This document shows positions 9,848 through 19,730 of a stretch of 64,000 bases of DNA, piece by piece. The translations under genes were made by a program, and so were the position numbers. Source of the stretch: a virus; IMG/VR virus record IMGVR_UViG_3300020477_001105, positions 47,663 through 111,662 of that record; one strand, given 5' to 3'. Within the stretch, counting starts at the first letter, position 1; each line of letters opens with the position of its first letter. The notes beneath the pieces are model-generated. The model worked only from the letters and a program-made list of their open reading frames with translations, did not search any database and was not told where the DNA came from.

Positions 9848-12232
9848 TTAAGCTATTAATTCGTTAAAGTCCTGACCAGTTCTTGTTGCGTAGAAGTTAA
9901 CCAGGATAAACTCAGCAGCACGTACCGGTTTAATGTAGATGTCAACTACTAACTCGTTCTGATCAATAACGTCAGGTGTGTTGTTTCTTTCATCACAAAT
10001 GATGAGGTAGTCATACATACCTTGTGTGTTTTTAACTCTATCAAAGATAGGTGTTAAATTATTCAGTACCTGTGTTCTTGTTAGTACTGTGTTTGGCTCG
10101 AATACGTAGAACTTCATCGTTTGTCTTACGAGCTTCTCGAGGTACAAGAACAACCTTCTTACATTAACTCTATCGAATGCGCTCGGCTTCTTGAACATGG
10201 TCTTCTGACCCCAAATTACGAAACCTTCATTCGGGAATTGATGTACTGGGTTAATACTGATTCTATATAACTGATCTCTGTGCTTCTGCGCAGGAATTAC
10301 TGCGAGATCATTTACACCACCAAATCTACCACGGGTAAATCCAGCAGGAGCCCACCATGGGTCATATGTGTTATCAGTATTAGCAAATGTTGCTGCTGCT
10401 ACACCGGAGAACGGTGCCCAGATTTGAGTATCAGATGTTCCATCATATACTCTAGCCCAGTTACCATATACAGTTGCGAAACTAGTATTAATCGAACCAT
10501 ATACGTGCCTCAACGGCCAATATACAGCTTGTGTAAATACTCTGGTCTTATCATTAAGAACCTTATCGTTTCTACCTTGTACAAAGATCCATCTCGGTGT
10601 ATCAGCAATAAAGATGTGATCTTTTCTCTTGAATTCAGCAAAATTCTGGAATTCATTAAATACTGCTCTGTAATTCTGCTGCAGGTTATAACCTTCACCA
10701 TGTAAGCTAGCATCAGAATTTACACCCTCGCTTAACTTATATAAACCAGTAGAATTACTGTAATCACCCATATCAAATCTCAGGGTATCATCAAATGTCT
10801 CTAATCCAGTACCGGATAATTGCTGATACTCAGAACCAGCATAAACCGTACCTAAACCAGCTTCAACAGAAACATCAATCTGCTGTGCATCAACATTTAA
10901 CAGGTTATCCATTACACGTCTAACCTTGGTCGGTACAGAACCAACAATCTTATTAACAGGATTAGCAGGCTGATATAAACCTAATGGTAGCAACGCATCC
11001 GTCATAGCTAAGCCAGTAGAGGCGTGATGTAAGCTTGTTAATACGTTTCTAGGTACACCAAAGTTACCAGAAAGTGATACGCTTGCAGAATCCGTAAGAG
11101 CTCTTTGAGATAAGAACCTTACCATCTTATTAGGTTCATTATTGGCACTATTTGCCCATGTACCAGTATTAAGACTGATATTGGGGTTAATAATTACTTC
11201 AAGGTTAGGTGAACCGTCTTCAATATCACCTAAGAAGAACGTCTTAGGTGTACCACCGTTTTGATTCTGTAGCTTGCGATACCCGTCAAGAGATCCCATA
11301 TAAGACTCAGCTAATACATTATCTAATTTTAACGTATCAGTTGAGAACACTGATGTTCTCATCTTGAACAACCCTAAGATTGCGGTATCCTTAAATTCGT
11401 CACTAGAAACGTCAAATGTTGGTAGATTCTCAAGTTTCTCAGAAACATTACCATTACTATCTGTTGCAGTACCAGAGAGTGAGAAGTTTCTTCTCTCTGC
11501 AGGAACAACTAATGGGTTACCTACTAAGTTTTGACCGTTGCTGCTAGCATTAACACTATAGAAGTTGTTAACACTGTCAAAATCAGTCGCAGGATTCATC
11601 TGCGAGTTGTCAGTTAATGTGATGTAATAACCTTCATACTTATCATTAATAGTAGTTTTAGCTTTATTAGTGATAATCATGCCAGCTTTACCCCAAGTAT
11701 TGTGATCATTGGAGAAGCTCTCACTCGGTTTTACATGGTTAGTCCAACTAAACTGTCTTCTGTTTACTAAATCGTATTGCTCTTTACTCAGCTCAACTAA
11801 GGTTGGTCGACCAAATACATATCCAGTACCACCTGTATCACCCACACCCGATAACGATGCACCAGCTGAATGTACGGTTGTAGGTAGTGCCTGCTCACCA
11901 TTATAAGGGTAGCAAGGGAAGAATAACGCGGAATAGCTATCACCAAAGCCCAATCCAGCTGCTGACCCGTATGGCAAGCGGGTCGTTAGCACATTTGCGT
12001 CGCTGTTAAATATACTCTTTACTGTGTGATAGAAATATCTTTCTGCTGCATTGGTAGGTTTCCCGTATACTGTCTCAAATTCAGAGAAGCTGGCGACCTC
12101 CAGTAACTCGTCTGTTGGCCCTTGAGCTGCGAAGCCGGGTACCATGATATGAGTGCCGATAGGAAGCACAGGACGCAGAGATAAATCAATCTCATTAATT
12201 TCTACACCTGGTGATTGTATTGTACGTGCCAT
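9848..12232 (-). CDS. gp18: Tail sheath protein
   Basis: SPGVEINEIDLS, WWAPAGFTRG, WGQKT, RVNVRRL, CDERNNT, IKPVRAAEFI. Confidence 0.97.
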   Translation of the reverse strand: MARTIQSPGVEINEIDLSLRPVLPIGTHIMVPGFAAQGPTDELLEVASFSEFETVYGKPTNAAERYFYHTVKSIFNSDANVLTTRLPYGSAAGLGFGDSYSALFFPCYPYNGEQALPTTVHSAGASLSGVGDTGGTGYVFGRPTLVELSKEQYDLVNRRQFSWTNHVKPSESFSNDHNTWGKAGMIITNKAKTTINDKYEGYYITLTDNSQMNPATDFDSVNNFYSVNASSNGQNLVGNPLVVPAERRNFSLSGTATDSNGNVSEKLENLPTFDVSSDEFKDTAILGLFKMRTSVFSTDTLKLDNVLAESYMGSLDGYRKLQNQNGGTPKTFFLGDIEDGSPNLEVIINPNISLNTGTWANSANNEPNKMVRFLSQRALTDSASVSLSGNFGVPRNVLTSLHHASTGLAMTDALLPLGLYQPANPVNKIVGSVPTKVRRVMDNLLNVDAQQIDVSVEAGLGTVYAGSEYQQLSGTGLETFDDTLRFDMGDYSNSTGLYKLSEGVNSDASLHGEGYNLQQNYRAVFNEFQNFAEFKRKDHIFIADTPRWIFVQGRNDKVLNDKTRVFTQAVYWPLRHVYGSINTSFATVYGNWARVYDGTSDTQIWAPFSGVAAATFANTDNTYDPWWAPAGFTRGRFGGVNDLAVIPAQKHRDQLYRISINPVHQFPNEGFVIWGQKTMFKKPSAFDRVNVRRLFLYLEKLVRQTMKFYVFEPNTVLTRTQVLNNLTPIFDRVKNTQGMYDYLIICDERNNTPDVIDQNELVVDIYIKPVRAAEFILVNFYATRTGQDFNELIA

Positions 12233-12238
12233 ATAAAA

Positions 12239-12246
12239 TATTTATT
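12239..12246 (-). promoter_or_regulatory. Late promoter (AATAAATA)
   Basis: TAAATA 6 nt upstream of the sheath ATG. Confidence 0.75.
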
Positions 12247-12289
12247 CGTTTCGGAATTATTTTATTCTGGTTGAACCTAAAATTGTCGA

Positions 12290-12877
12290 CTAAAGTAAGT
12301 TAACATGTAGCTGAGAGAACGAGAATGTTAGGGTACTTTCAGCTTCTTGAGGATCTCTGTAATTGTACATTATTTCACCTAATCCGATGGGAAACGCTTT
12401 TGTGTAAGTAAACTCGACCACGTTTTTATTGTACTCATTCATACCAAACACGGTAAAGTTGGTTTGATAGTCATCTAGCAGCATTCTAGGCTCCCTTTCA
12501 CCTTGGGCATCATATATAGAGAGCTTGTCGTCGTTTAGTACATCTAGCCATCTCCATATATGCCAGTAGTTGTTAAATTGATTGTCGATGGTAAAGTTTA
12601 CTGTAACGTCATCGTACTTAGATCTAGAGTGAGTGGATACGTTTAAGTGTTGACCTGCATACGGTAGATCGTTAGGTAATATAGTTACAGCTGGTACTAC
12701 AACACCATATACGGAAAATTGTAGTGTATCAGGCATCGTTCTAGCATCGCTATGGTTATGTGTTGCTCGTTCTACTTTTGATACCGTATTCTTCAAAGCA
12801 GCAGGGACAGATAAAGATAGTAAAAATTTATCTAACCGGGCTTTGTTTAGTACTGACTGTTTTGCTTTATCTGCCAT
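12290..12877 (-). CDS. Tail tube terminator/completion protein (gp3-like)
   Basis: VNFTIDNQFNNYWHIWRWL and FTYTKAFPIGLG tail-tube-fold motifs. Confidence 0.65.
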   Translation of the reverse strand: MADKAKQSVLNKARLDKFLLSLSVPAALKNTVSKVERATHNHSDARTMPDTLQFSVYGVVVPAVTILPNDLPYAGQHLNVSTHSRSKYDDVTVNFTIDNQFNNYWHIWRWLDVLNDDKLSIYDAQGEREPRMLLDDYQTNFTVFGMNEYNKNVVEFTYTKAFPIGLGEIMYNYRDPQEAESTLTFSFSQLHVNLL

Positions 12878-12879
12878 TA

Positions 12880-14658
12880 TTAAAAGTCTCCATAGTAATG
12901 CATGTTGTCACCTTTTTGGTTATCCCAAATATCATTAAACTGATCTTCGTGTCTAGGTGAGGGGAATTCCCACCCTAACGTTTTAAGCTCATCAATATCA
13001 CTACTCTGCTCGGTACTAGTGAAAACTATTGGTAAAGCATTTCCGTGACTACCTATCACCTTTTCATTTGAATACATAGATACCGGATTTACAAAATGAC
13101 GAGTACCGTAGTCTATAGATTTTATCATTTTAGGTTTATGGTTGTCATCGAACTCAACAATTTCATAATATCTATCAACAACAGTTTCTTCCAACCCAAT
13201 TAAAGACCATATCAACGACATAACTCTATCATCTAGATAATTACCCTCTTTCTTTGCTGCCCAGGTACCATTAGGGTACCGTACAAATGATCTCATTTCA
13301 TTAACAGTGCTAATATCATTGAATTTAACAACCTGTAAATGGTTTACCCAATATCTCATATTAACCACACCTTTATATTTGGTATTAGTATGGGCAATAA
13401 CACCTAACCTATTATCATACGACTTTGAGTGTGAGCCTTTTGGTGAAAAGGTAATTAAGTTAGAATACCCGTGCTGATTGAAAAGGTTATCAACTACTTG
13501 AGCTCCACAGTTGTTTCTCTCTACTGCAATAGGAGGACTTCCCCAGTGTTGAGCTATCTCAAAAACCTTTGTGGTGAAATTATAGGGGGAAATAGTATTG
13601 TTATGGTATACGGCGACTTGAACAATATTCGTCAAATCTGTTATATCTAGAACTTGTACAACACTAGCATTTTCACCGACACCCTCTGCAATATCAACAC
13701 CTATACCATATAAGTGGTCTTCTTTTGGTTCTTCCCACAATAGATACTTACCTTCATCAAACACAAATTCTGGCTCAGAACAACCTAGCTTTAACCGTTC
13801 GAATAATTCTTCATCAATTACTGATTCACCTGTTTGTAAGAATACATTTCCAAATTCTTGACTAAAAGCCTCAACACTCCCAAGGGACTTCATAGTCTCC
13901 TCTTTCCACTCTTCGTCACGACCAGGGATCTCCCACCAATCTACTCTCTCTGCCTTCCAGTTACTTTCACCCTTCTCTGCGTTGGTGTAAATTTCATGAA
14001 ACAGGTTCTCGGTACCGTTAGGTGTGCTCGCAATAAAAATTTTAGATTTTTTAGAAGATGAAATGATAGGATAGACTGATCTCCAGAAATCCTGAACTAA
14101 GTGATCATCAATAAATGCTAACTCATCAAGAACCAATACATTACAGGAATCACCACGACCAGCATCCGATGACGTGGTTGAAATACCAATACTAGATCCA
14201 TTATCTAATGCCATAGCGGTCTTACCGTACTCTACAACACCAGGTTTTAAGTGATTAGGTAACATCTCATATGCTAATCGCACTCTCTTAAAGATGTTAA
14301 TAGCAGTCTGCTCTTTGTTAGCTACGATAAGTATTCGCTGATCTTCTTGAAAGCATGCTATCCATAAGCAATATATTGTCATTAAGGTAGTTTTACCAAT
14401 CTGACGGCTAGCTAATAAACTAACAAATCTATTATCTCTTAAACTACGTAATACTCTCTTTTGACATTTATATAAGCCAATCCTCTCTCGGCCACGGTCT
14501 AGGTTAACAATATAAAAGAAGTTTTCTGCAAAATATAGTATATTACGCTTACTTTTCTTAAGCTCATTGATCATCTCCGGAGTCCACTCAAACTCAGCAT
14601 CCGGTCTAGGAAGGTTCTTATTTCCTAGATAATATTTTTGATCATCTTTTTTGTTCAT
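12880..14658 (-). CDS. gp17: Terminase large subunit
   Basis: YLGNKNL, Walker A SRQIGKTT, Walker B VLVLDE, STPNG, nuclease GVDIAEG and DDRVMS. Confidence 0.97.
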   Translation of the reverse strand: MNKKDDQKYYLGNKNLPRPDAEFEWTPEMINELKKSKRNILYFAENFFYIVNLDRGRERIGLYKCQKRVLRSLRDNRFVSLLASRQIGKTTLMTIYCLWIACFQEDQRILIVANKEQTAINIFKRVRLAYEMLPNHLKPGVVEYGKTAMALDNGSSIGISTTSSDAGRGDSCNVLVLDELAFIDDHLVQDFWRSVYPIISSSKKSKIFIASTPNGTENLFHEIYTNAEKGESNWKAERVDWWEIPGRDEEWKEETMKSLGSVEAFSQEFGNVFLQTGESVIDEELFERLKLGCSEPEFVFDEGKYLLWEEPKEDHLYGIGVDIAEGVGENASVVQVLDITDLTNIVQVAVYHNNTISPYNFTTKVFEIAQHWGSPPIAVERNNCGAQVVDNLFNQHGYSNLITFSPKGSHSKSYDNRLGVIAHTNTKYKGVVNMRYWVNHLQVVKFNDISTVNEMRSFVRYPNGTWAAKKEGNYLDDRVMSLIWSLIGLEETVVDRYYEIVEFDDNHKPKMIKSIDYGTRHFVNPVSMYSNEKVIGSHGNALPIVFTSTEQSSDIDELKTLGWEFPSPRHEDQFNDIWDNQKGDNMHYYGDF

Positions 14659-14675
14659 AAAAGGTTCCTACAATA

Positions 14676-14688
14676 TATAAATATTTAC
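14676..14688. promoter_or_regulatory. Bidirectional late promoter (TATAAATATTTA)
   Basis: Palindromic TAAATATTTA between the divergent terminase and 14689 genes. Confidence 0.7.
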
Positions 14689-15606
14689 ATGCCAGTACGA
14701 CATATTGATGAAATTGGTGAACTATATTCCAAGAATGTTTCACCCGTAACAGATAAAGAGCTGAAACTTGAAGAACAAGAAGCTGCCAATCGCAAGAGTC
14801 TTCTTACAGAAGGTGAGGCTGTGAAGGCTAAACCCGCTAAAGATATAGCTTTTGAAGGTGAACCTAAAAAGGAAAAAGGGTTCGACGGCGCGACGACTCC
14901 TGATGGTGTAGAGAAGGCAGAATTGGATACCCAAAACAGCTCAACTGGCGAGTCTGCTTTTGGTGTTGAAAGTTTCTCTAACCCGGTGAAAAAAGAACAA
15001 AAAGAAATAAATAATTCTACAATGAAGGAAAATCAACAACAATCACAGTCAACATTTGATCGCCTATTCGAAGATGTAATGGGTGGCGAAGAAGTAGATT
15101 TAGGCATGGAAGCTGAGCCCGGCATGGACGACATGATGGGTGGCGAAGAAGAGGACCTCGGTGGAGGTGATCTTGCTAGCAGGCTCCGTGAAGTAGCAGA
15201 ACTTTTAGTTGGTATCGCTGACGACATGAGTGGAGAAGGCGGTGAAGAGGAAATCGAAGACATGGAAGATGTCGCCGAGGTTGAGGGAGATGAGTTTGGC
15301 GAGAGCTATACTAATTTCGACCACGACCATAACTTCACTGGCGGGCAGGCAGTAGTCGACGGTGCTCACGAAAATACCGGCTTACAAGGTAAGAGTAACA
15401 AAGTATCCGGTTCCGGTCACCAAGTATCTGGTCACGGGCACGGCGAAGGTGGTGCAGGTGGACAGGAAGACGGTGGAAAACCTAAGCCCGTCGCGGGTGG
15501 TCAAGCAGTAGTTGATGGTTCTCACGAGAACGTTGGCTTGCAGGGCAAGAACAACAAAGTAGGTGGTAAAGTTTCTGGCGGTAATAAAGACTTATTCAGA
15601 GCTTAA
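14689..15606 (+). CDS. Acidic probable prohead core/internal protein with internal repeat
   Basis: Start reassigned to ATG 14689, 5 nt after TATAAATA; very Glu/Gly-rich. Confidence 0.6.
   Translation: MPVRHIDEIGELYSKNVSPVTDKELKLEEQEAANRKSLLTEGEAVKAKPAKDIAFEGEPKKEKGFDGATTPDGVEKAELDTQNSSTGESAFGVESFSNPVKKEQKEINNSTMKENQQQSQSTFDRLFEDVMGGEEVDLGMEAEPGMDDMMGGEEEDLGGGDLASRLREVAELLVGIADDMSGEGGEEEIEDMEDVAEVEGDEFGESYTNFDHDHNFTGGQAVVDGAHENTGLQGKSNKVSGSGHQVSGHGHGEGGAGGQEDGGKPKPVAGGQAVVDGSHENVGLQGKNNKVGGKVSGGNKDLFRA
15340..15567 (+). repeat. Two copies of a 24-aa coding repeat (GGQAVVDGxHENxGLQGKxNKVxG)
   Basis: Copies at about 15340-15411 and 15496-15567. Confidence 0.85.
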
Positions 15607-15630
15607 TTCACTACAACATCCTTCATTTAG

Positions 15631-15660
15631 ACCCGGTCAATATATTGACCGGGTTTTTTT
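15631..15660 (+). terminator. Rho-independent terminator
   Basis: ACCCGGTCAA-TATA-TTGACCGGGT followed by a T run. Confidence 0.9.
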
Positions 15661-15673
15661 ATAAATACTTTTA

Positions 15674-16078
15674 ATGAAGGATAAGGATCAAAAACTAATT
15701 TGGGAAGCTTATATAACTGAGGATAAATGGCAGATTCTTCACGCCCAAAAAGCGCGCGCGCGCCCGCTAGCGGGCGCCGGTGTCCCAGACGGTAAGGCTG
15801 GTCCGCTATCTCCCATACAATCTATGATGATGGACTATGGTATCTCACCTCAAGCACAGCAACAACACCGTCTAGATCCAGATTTTTTGACGCTGCAAAC
15901 CAAAATGGGAGAATTCACCAATCCAAAAGGTTACAGTGTGCCAGCGAATTGGTGGGAGAAAGAAGCTCCAAGATTTGGGGCACAAAAAGATAAGCTTGGT
16001 CAACCGTTACCTGCTCGAAATTGGGGAGATGTAATTCGACAATTTGGTGGCCGGTTTCCTGGATCTGGTCCAATTTAA
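15674..16078 (+). CDS. Hypothetical late protein, probably head-internal
   Basis: TATAAATA at 15660; N-terminus MKDKDQKLIWEAYITE. Confidence 0.65.
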   Translation: MKDKDQKLIWEAYITEDKWQILHAQKARARPLAGAGVPDGKAGPLSPIQSMMMDYGISPQAQQQHRLDPDFLTLQTKMGEFTNPKGYSVPANWWEKEAPRFGAQKDKLGQPLPARNWGDVIRQFGGRFPGSGPI

Positions 16079-16082
16079 AATT

Positions 16083-16268
16083 ATGTTATGGCTTAAACAA
16101 GTTATCGCAGCAATCTTAGAATTCTTCTCGGCTGAAATGAAGCAAGATAAGAAAGCGTCTAATGCAGATAAAACACCTGACAAGTTGAAAAATGCATGGC
16201 GTGATCGTATAATAGAGGCAGAAAGAAAATCTAAAGATGAAAGTACTAAAGACACTTCTACTGATTAG
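16083..16268 (+). CDS. Small protein, possible inner-spanin-like
   Basis: ATG 16083; hydrophobic N-terminus, charged tail; overlaps a lipoprotein gene. Confidence 0.4.
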   Translation: MLWLKQVIAAILEFFSAEMKQDKKASNADKTPDKLKNAWRDRIIEAERKSKDESTKDTSTD

Positions 16269-16467
16269 CACCGCGGCCATACTTATGGGATGTGGATCCA
16301 CTAAGGTTGTCTTCGTTGACACCCAATCTCAAATTGTACGCATTGGCCCGAACGTCACTGGTAAGGTGTATGTTCTCAAAAACGGTGAATGGGTGCTATC
16401 TAAGAATAACATGCAATTACCTGAAGGGTGGTACGCTGGAGCTCTTCCTGCAGACGCAGAAGATTGA
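16237..16467 (+). CDS. Lipoprotein, possible outer-spanin-like
   Basis: Signal peptide II with lipobox ILMG-C. Confidence 0.6.
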   Translation: MKVLKTLLLISTAAILMGCGSTKVVFVDTQSQIVRIGPNVTGKVYVLKNGEWVLSKNNMQLPEGWYAGALPADAED

Positions 16468-16490
16468 CAGCTCACGGACTAAATACTTAC

Positions 16491-16679
16491 ATGAGCTGGA
16501 TATTAGAACATAGAAATGAACTGATCGGAATCATAACAGGCATCGTCACTGTTGCCTCCGCCATCGCCGCGCTGACGCCAACACCTAAGGACGATACCAT
16601 CGTAGGTAAGCTCTACAAAGTAGTCGATTTCTTAGCCATTAACGTAGGTAAGGCTAAAGACGGTAGTAAAAAAAACTAA
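16491..16679 (+). CDS. Small membrane protein, holin-like
   Basis: ATG 5 nt after ACTAAATA; TM helix then TPTPKDD...LAINVGKAK. Confidence 0.55.
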   Translation: MSWILEHRNELIGIITGIVTVASAIAALTPTPKDDTIVGKLYKVVDFLAINVGKAKDGSKKN

Positions 16680-16708
16680 ATAAAAAACCCGTTACAGTTC
16701 TATAAAGT

Positions 16709-16740
16709 AACCTCACCTTAGGGTGAGGTTTTCTTTTTTT
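16709..16740 (+). terminator. Rho-independent terminator
   Basis: AACCTCACC-TTAG-GGTGAGGTT followed by a T-rich tract. Confidence 0.85.
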
Positions 16741-16755
16741 ACATAAATACTATTG

Positions 16756-17148
16756 ATGAGACCTTTAAGTGAAGATGTACTAGGGGGCGAGATGCCTAGC
16801 TTTAAGGATTTCTTTAGGTTTACATCTGCAGAAAGCGGGGATACGGACGGTAATAGAGTAAAAGACGTCAATAATACTCGCATTCAAAAAGGTCTTACGG
16901 GTATGACCCGTCAAAGACAGAATCTAGTACCTGATAAAGATAAAGTTAATCCAGAACTCGTCCGTAAGGTTGAGATATTAAGAAACTCTATATCTGGTAA
17001 GCAAGTACTTAATGGAAAAGATTTAAAAGATATCTTAACAATATACAAGATCAAAAATCTGACACCTGACCATCCTCGTGATCTAGGTACAACAGGTATC
17101 ACGGTATATTTTGATGATAAATTAAACTCATACTGTATAGGGAAATAA
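16756..17148 (+). CDS. Hypothetical late protein
   Basis: ATG 6 nt after CATAAATA; coupled to the next gene (TAATG). Confidence 0.65.
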   Translation: MRPLSEDVLGGEMPSFKDFFRFTSAESGDTDGNRVKDVNNTRIQKGLTGMTRQRQNLVPDKDKVNPELVRKVEILRNSISGKQVLNGKDLKDILTIYKIKNLTPDHPRDLGTTGITVYFDDKLNSYCIGK

Positions 17149-17867
17149 TGCCACGACAATATTACGGAGATGAAGTAACAGTACCTGGAACGTTTAGAAT
17201 CGGTGACAAGTCGTTTAACGATAATGAACGTGACAACTTCGCGTTGTGGTTTAATGAGCAAATTAAAATTTATGGACAAGAGGTTCACTACTATGTAAGT
17301 GGATATGCTCTTTCTGCTCACGATGCCTTCTACGGTGAACAACCATCTGCTACTTATAGTGATCCTAGTAGAGTGGTTATGATGATTGAGTTAAATGAGC
17401 AATCAGTAATATTAAGCAAATTTGGTATAGAGGGTCAGGACGATGTTACTGCATGGATAGCAGTTAGTGCGTATTATGATACCTTCGGTCAAGGTGCAGA
17501 GCCAAAAGCAGGTGATGTGTTTCAATTGACAGAGTTTGGTAACGATAGACCCGGTGACCGTAATGGTAAGTTTTTCGAAATCACAGCTCGTCGTGATCAA
17601 GAAGTAAGTACAATTAACCCGCTAATGGGTCATTATGTTTGGTTAATACAAGCTAAGCGTCACGACTGGTCATTCGAACCTGGTCTGTCAGGTGAAAAGG
17701 GGCAAGACCAAGTATATGATGACTCTTTCTCAGGTAGGTTATCTGGTCATACTAACACACAGACTGATACCAAGGCATATACAGATAATGTTGATACAGA
17801 TTCTAAGAGCGTATGGAATTATAGCGCTTATGGGGATGACGATGATGTATATGGAGACTACAATTAA
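17148..17867 (+). CDS. Neck/head-closure protein (gp14-like)
   Basis: YGQEVHYY, FYGE, SKFGIEGQDD, EPKAGD motifs. Confidence 0.75.
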   Translation: MPRQYYGDEVTVPGTFRIGDKSFNDNERDNFALWFNEQIKIYGQEVHYYVSGYALSAHDAFYGEQPSATYSDPSRVVMMIELNEQSVILSKFGIEGQDDVTAWIAVSAYYDTFGQGAEPKAGDVFQLTEFGNDRPGDRNGKFFEITARRDQEVSTINPLMGHYVWLIQAKRHDWSFEPGLSGEKGQDQVYDDSFSGRLSGHTNTQTDTKAYTDNVDTDSKSVWNYSAYGDDDDVYGDYN

Positions 17868-18088
17868 GCCTTATTAGAAGAATAATAAGCTTCGTAGTCC
17901 GGAAGTGCTTCTTTTCTAGCTGTAGCAATATATCTGTCAGCTTGCGCTGTATCTTCAAACGTCATATCGAATTTGTCACCGGTTGATTCCTTAAAAGTGT
18001 AAACAAGTTTCTCTTGGCGGACAGCGATATTATATACTGTTAATTGTTTACCGGATTTAACAAATTGTGTACCTACTATATAATGCAT
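17864..18088 (-). CDS. Hypothetical protein
   Basis: 74-aa ORF overlapping the end of the upstream dehydrogenase. Confidence 0.6.
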   Translation of the reverse strand: MHYIVGTQFVKSGKQLTVYNIAVRQEKLVYTFKESTGDKFDMTFEDTAQADRYIATARKEALPDYEAYYSSNKA

Positions 18089-19170
18089 AACTTTTTAAGA
18101 TTCTTTTCAAACTTTTCGAACGGTATATCAGAGTAATTTAATACGTTAGGTAACTTAATATCACCACCTCTATTCTGCTGTACGCGATTATCAAATATAC
18201 CTCTACCCATTAAATCAGCAACACTAGAAATAGAAAATGCAGTACATTTCTGCATAGCGGTAAAGGTCTCATCACATTCAACTACATATTCTCTCTTCCA
18301 TGTTAAACCTGAATTGTTTGTAACCTCAGTCATTATGATAACTACGTCGTCTCGTGTTGATTCATATTCCGCGCTTGCTTCAAGTATACGTTTTAATTCA
18401 TCATCAGACATCTTACATTTATTCATGAAGAAATCAATTAATTCGTGATGACCTACCCATCTCAATGTCTTGTAAATGCAATTTTTAACACCTCTATCCT
18501 TCATACGACGAGTAGTATGAGCAGCACCACCACTAGTACAAAACGCCTCTAAAGTAATACAATTTTCCCACTCCGGGTCAACTAATTCACAGTGACTCAA
18601 ACCTGGTACAGTCTGTATCTCACCATCTCGTAATATCTCACAATCATCTCTATATTCGTTTAGTAACCCATCTAACGACCACGTCATGAAATACTTTAAC
18701 GGGCCAACGGGTCTCTTAAGGGGTATACCGCCAACCATCATCCTAACATCTGTCGCACCACTAACACGCGCATACCCTTGCTCTGCTAAAATATTAACCC
18801 ATCCTGGAGCCAATCCCAAGTCAGTAAATACTGGAGCTGTTGCTTTTTTTGCATAGCTATTAATATTATCTGAAACATCAACTCTTCCACCTAAATCACA
18901 ATACCGTAATCCATTATCAACACACCACGTGGCAACCTCTTCTGTCTGGTGGTATGGTAGAGATGAGATAACAATATCAGGATCATAGTCCTTAACATAA
19001 TCAAAATTTGGAGAAGATAGTGTAAATGATATATCTTTATTAATTAATCTCCGGAGATTATCTATACCTGTGCGATCTACATCAACACCTGCAACATCAT
19101 ACCCTAATTCATTCATGGCATAGCCGATAGCTTGCCCCATTCTACCTACGCCATAAATTAATGCTTTCAT
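18076..19170 (-). CDS. Saccharopine dehydrogenase / lysine 6-dehydrogenase family protein
   Basis: Rossmann YGVGRMG, YCDLGG, GLAPG, WSLDGLLNEY, LEAFCTSGG, KTLRWVGH. Confidence 0.88.
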   Translation of the reverse strand: MKALIYGVGRMGQAIGYAMNELGYDVAGVDVDRTGIDNLRRLINKDISFTLSSPNFDYVKDYDPDIVISSLPYHQTEEVATWCVDNGLRYCDLGGRVDVSDNINSYAKKATAPVFTDLGLAPGWVNILAEQGYARVSGATDVRMMVGGIPLKRPVGPLKYFMTWSLDGLLNEYRDDCEILRDGEIQTVPGLSHCELVDPEWENCITLEAFCTSGGAAHTTRRMKDRGVKNCIYKTLRWVGHHELIDFFMNKCKMSDDELKRILEASAEYESTRDDVVIIMTEVTNNSGLTWKREYVVECDETFTAMQKCTAFSISSVADLMGRGIFDNRVQQNRGGDIKLPNVLNYSDIPFEKFEKNLKKLCII

Positions 19171-19298
19171 TTTTTAAACCTCTTTCTAGGACCTCCTTGA
19201 CCTCTATACTTTTTATTTCCTCTACTATTATTACTACACCCTTGACGCGTCTTCTTACCGCGAGGCTTCTGATACCCCATTATATCCCGTCTAGACAT
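19167..19298 (-). CDS. Small basic peptide (43 aa)
   Basis: MSRRDIMGYQKPRGKKTRQGCSNNSRGNKKYRGQGGPRKRFKK; ATGA coupling to the next gene; below the ORF-track size cutoff. Confidence 0.7.
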   Translation of the reverse strand: MSRRDIMGYQKPRGKKTRQGCSNNSRGNKKYRGQGGPRKRFKK

Positions 19299-19301
19299 AT
19301 A

Positions 19302-19379
19302 CTAGTTACCTTTCTTCTTTCGCTTTTCTTTCTTAGGTTTCTTTTTCTCTCTCTTCGGTTTGTCTCTTCCTTTTCCCAT
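19302..19379 (-). CDS. Small Lys/Arg-rich peptide (25 aa)
   Basis: MGKGRDKPKREKKKPKKEKRKKKGN fills the gap between two genes. Confidence 0.55.
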   Translation of the reverse strand: MGKGRDKPKREKKKPKKEKRKKKGN

Positions 19380-19382
19380 AAA

Positions 19383-19730
19383 TTACTCCCATTCCTTTAA
19401 AATTGCTCTAAATTTATTATACATTACCTCTTCAAACTCTAATTGCTCTTTCTCGTTCCACGGTGAATCATGATAACAGCAAGGTCGATGCTTTAAACTC
19501 ATTATATAAGCAGCCTCTCTCAACAATCTATCCGGTTCTAAAGCTTTGTCCATAAAATTTTCCTGGACACTATGTTCATCGAAACGTCTACCCGGGCAAT
19601 GCTTATAGATGTATTCCATATATTCACCATATGGTACCCAACCAACAGTATCCCTATATTCTTCGATTTCAGTGAGAGTTCTCATCCCGTTATCTTTCAA
19701 ATTTTTATCTATTTCTTCTCTTTTATTCAT
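19383..19730 (-). CDS. Hypothetical protein
   Basis: 115 aa, ATGA-coupled to the aldehyde dehydrogenase. Confidence 0.65.
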   Translation of the reverse strand: MNKREEIDKNLKDNGMRTLTEIEEYRDTVGWVPYGEYMEYIYKHCPGRRFDEHSVQENFMDKALEPDRLLREAAYIMSLKHRPCCYHDSPWNEKEQLEFEEVMYNKFRAILKEWE

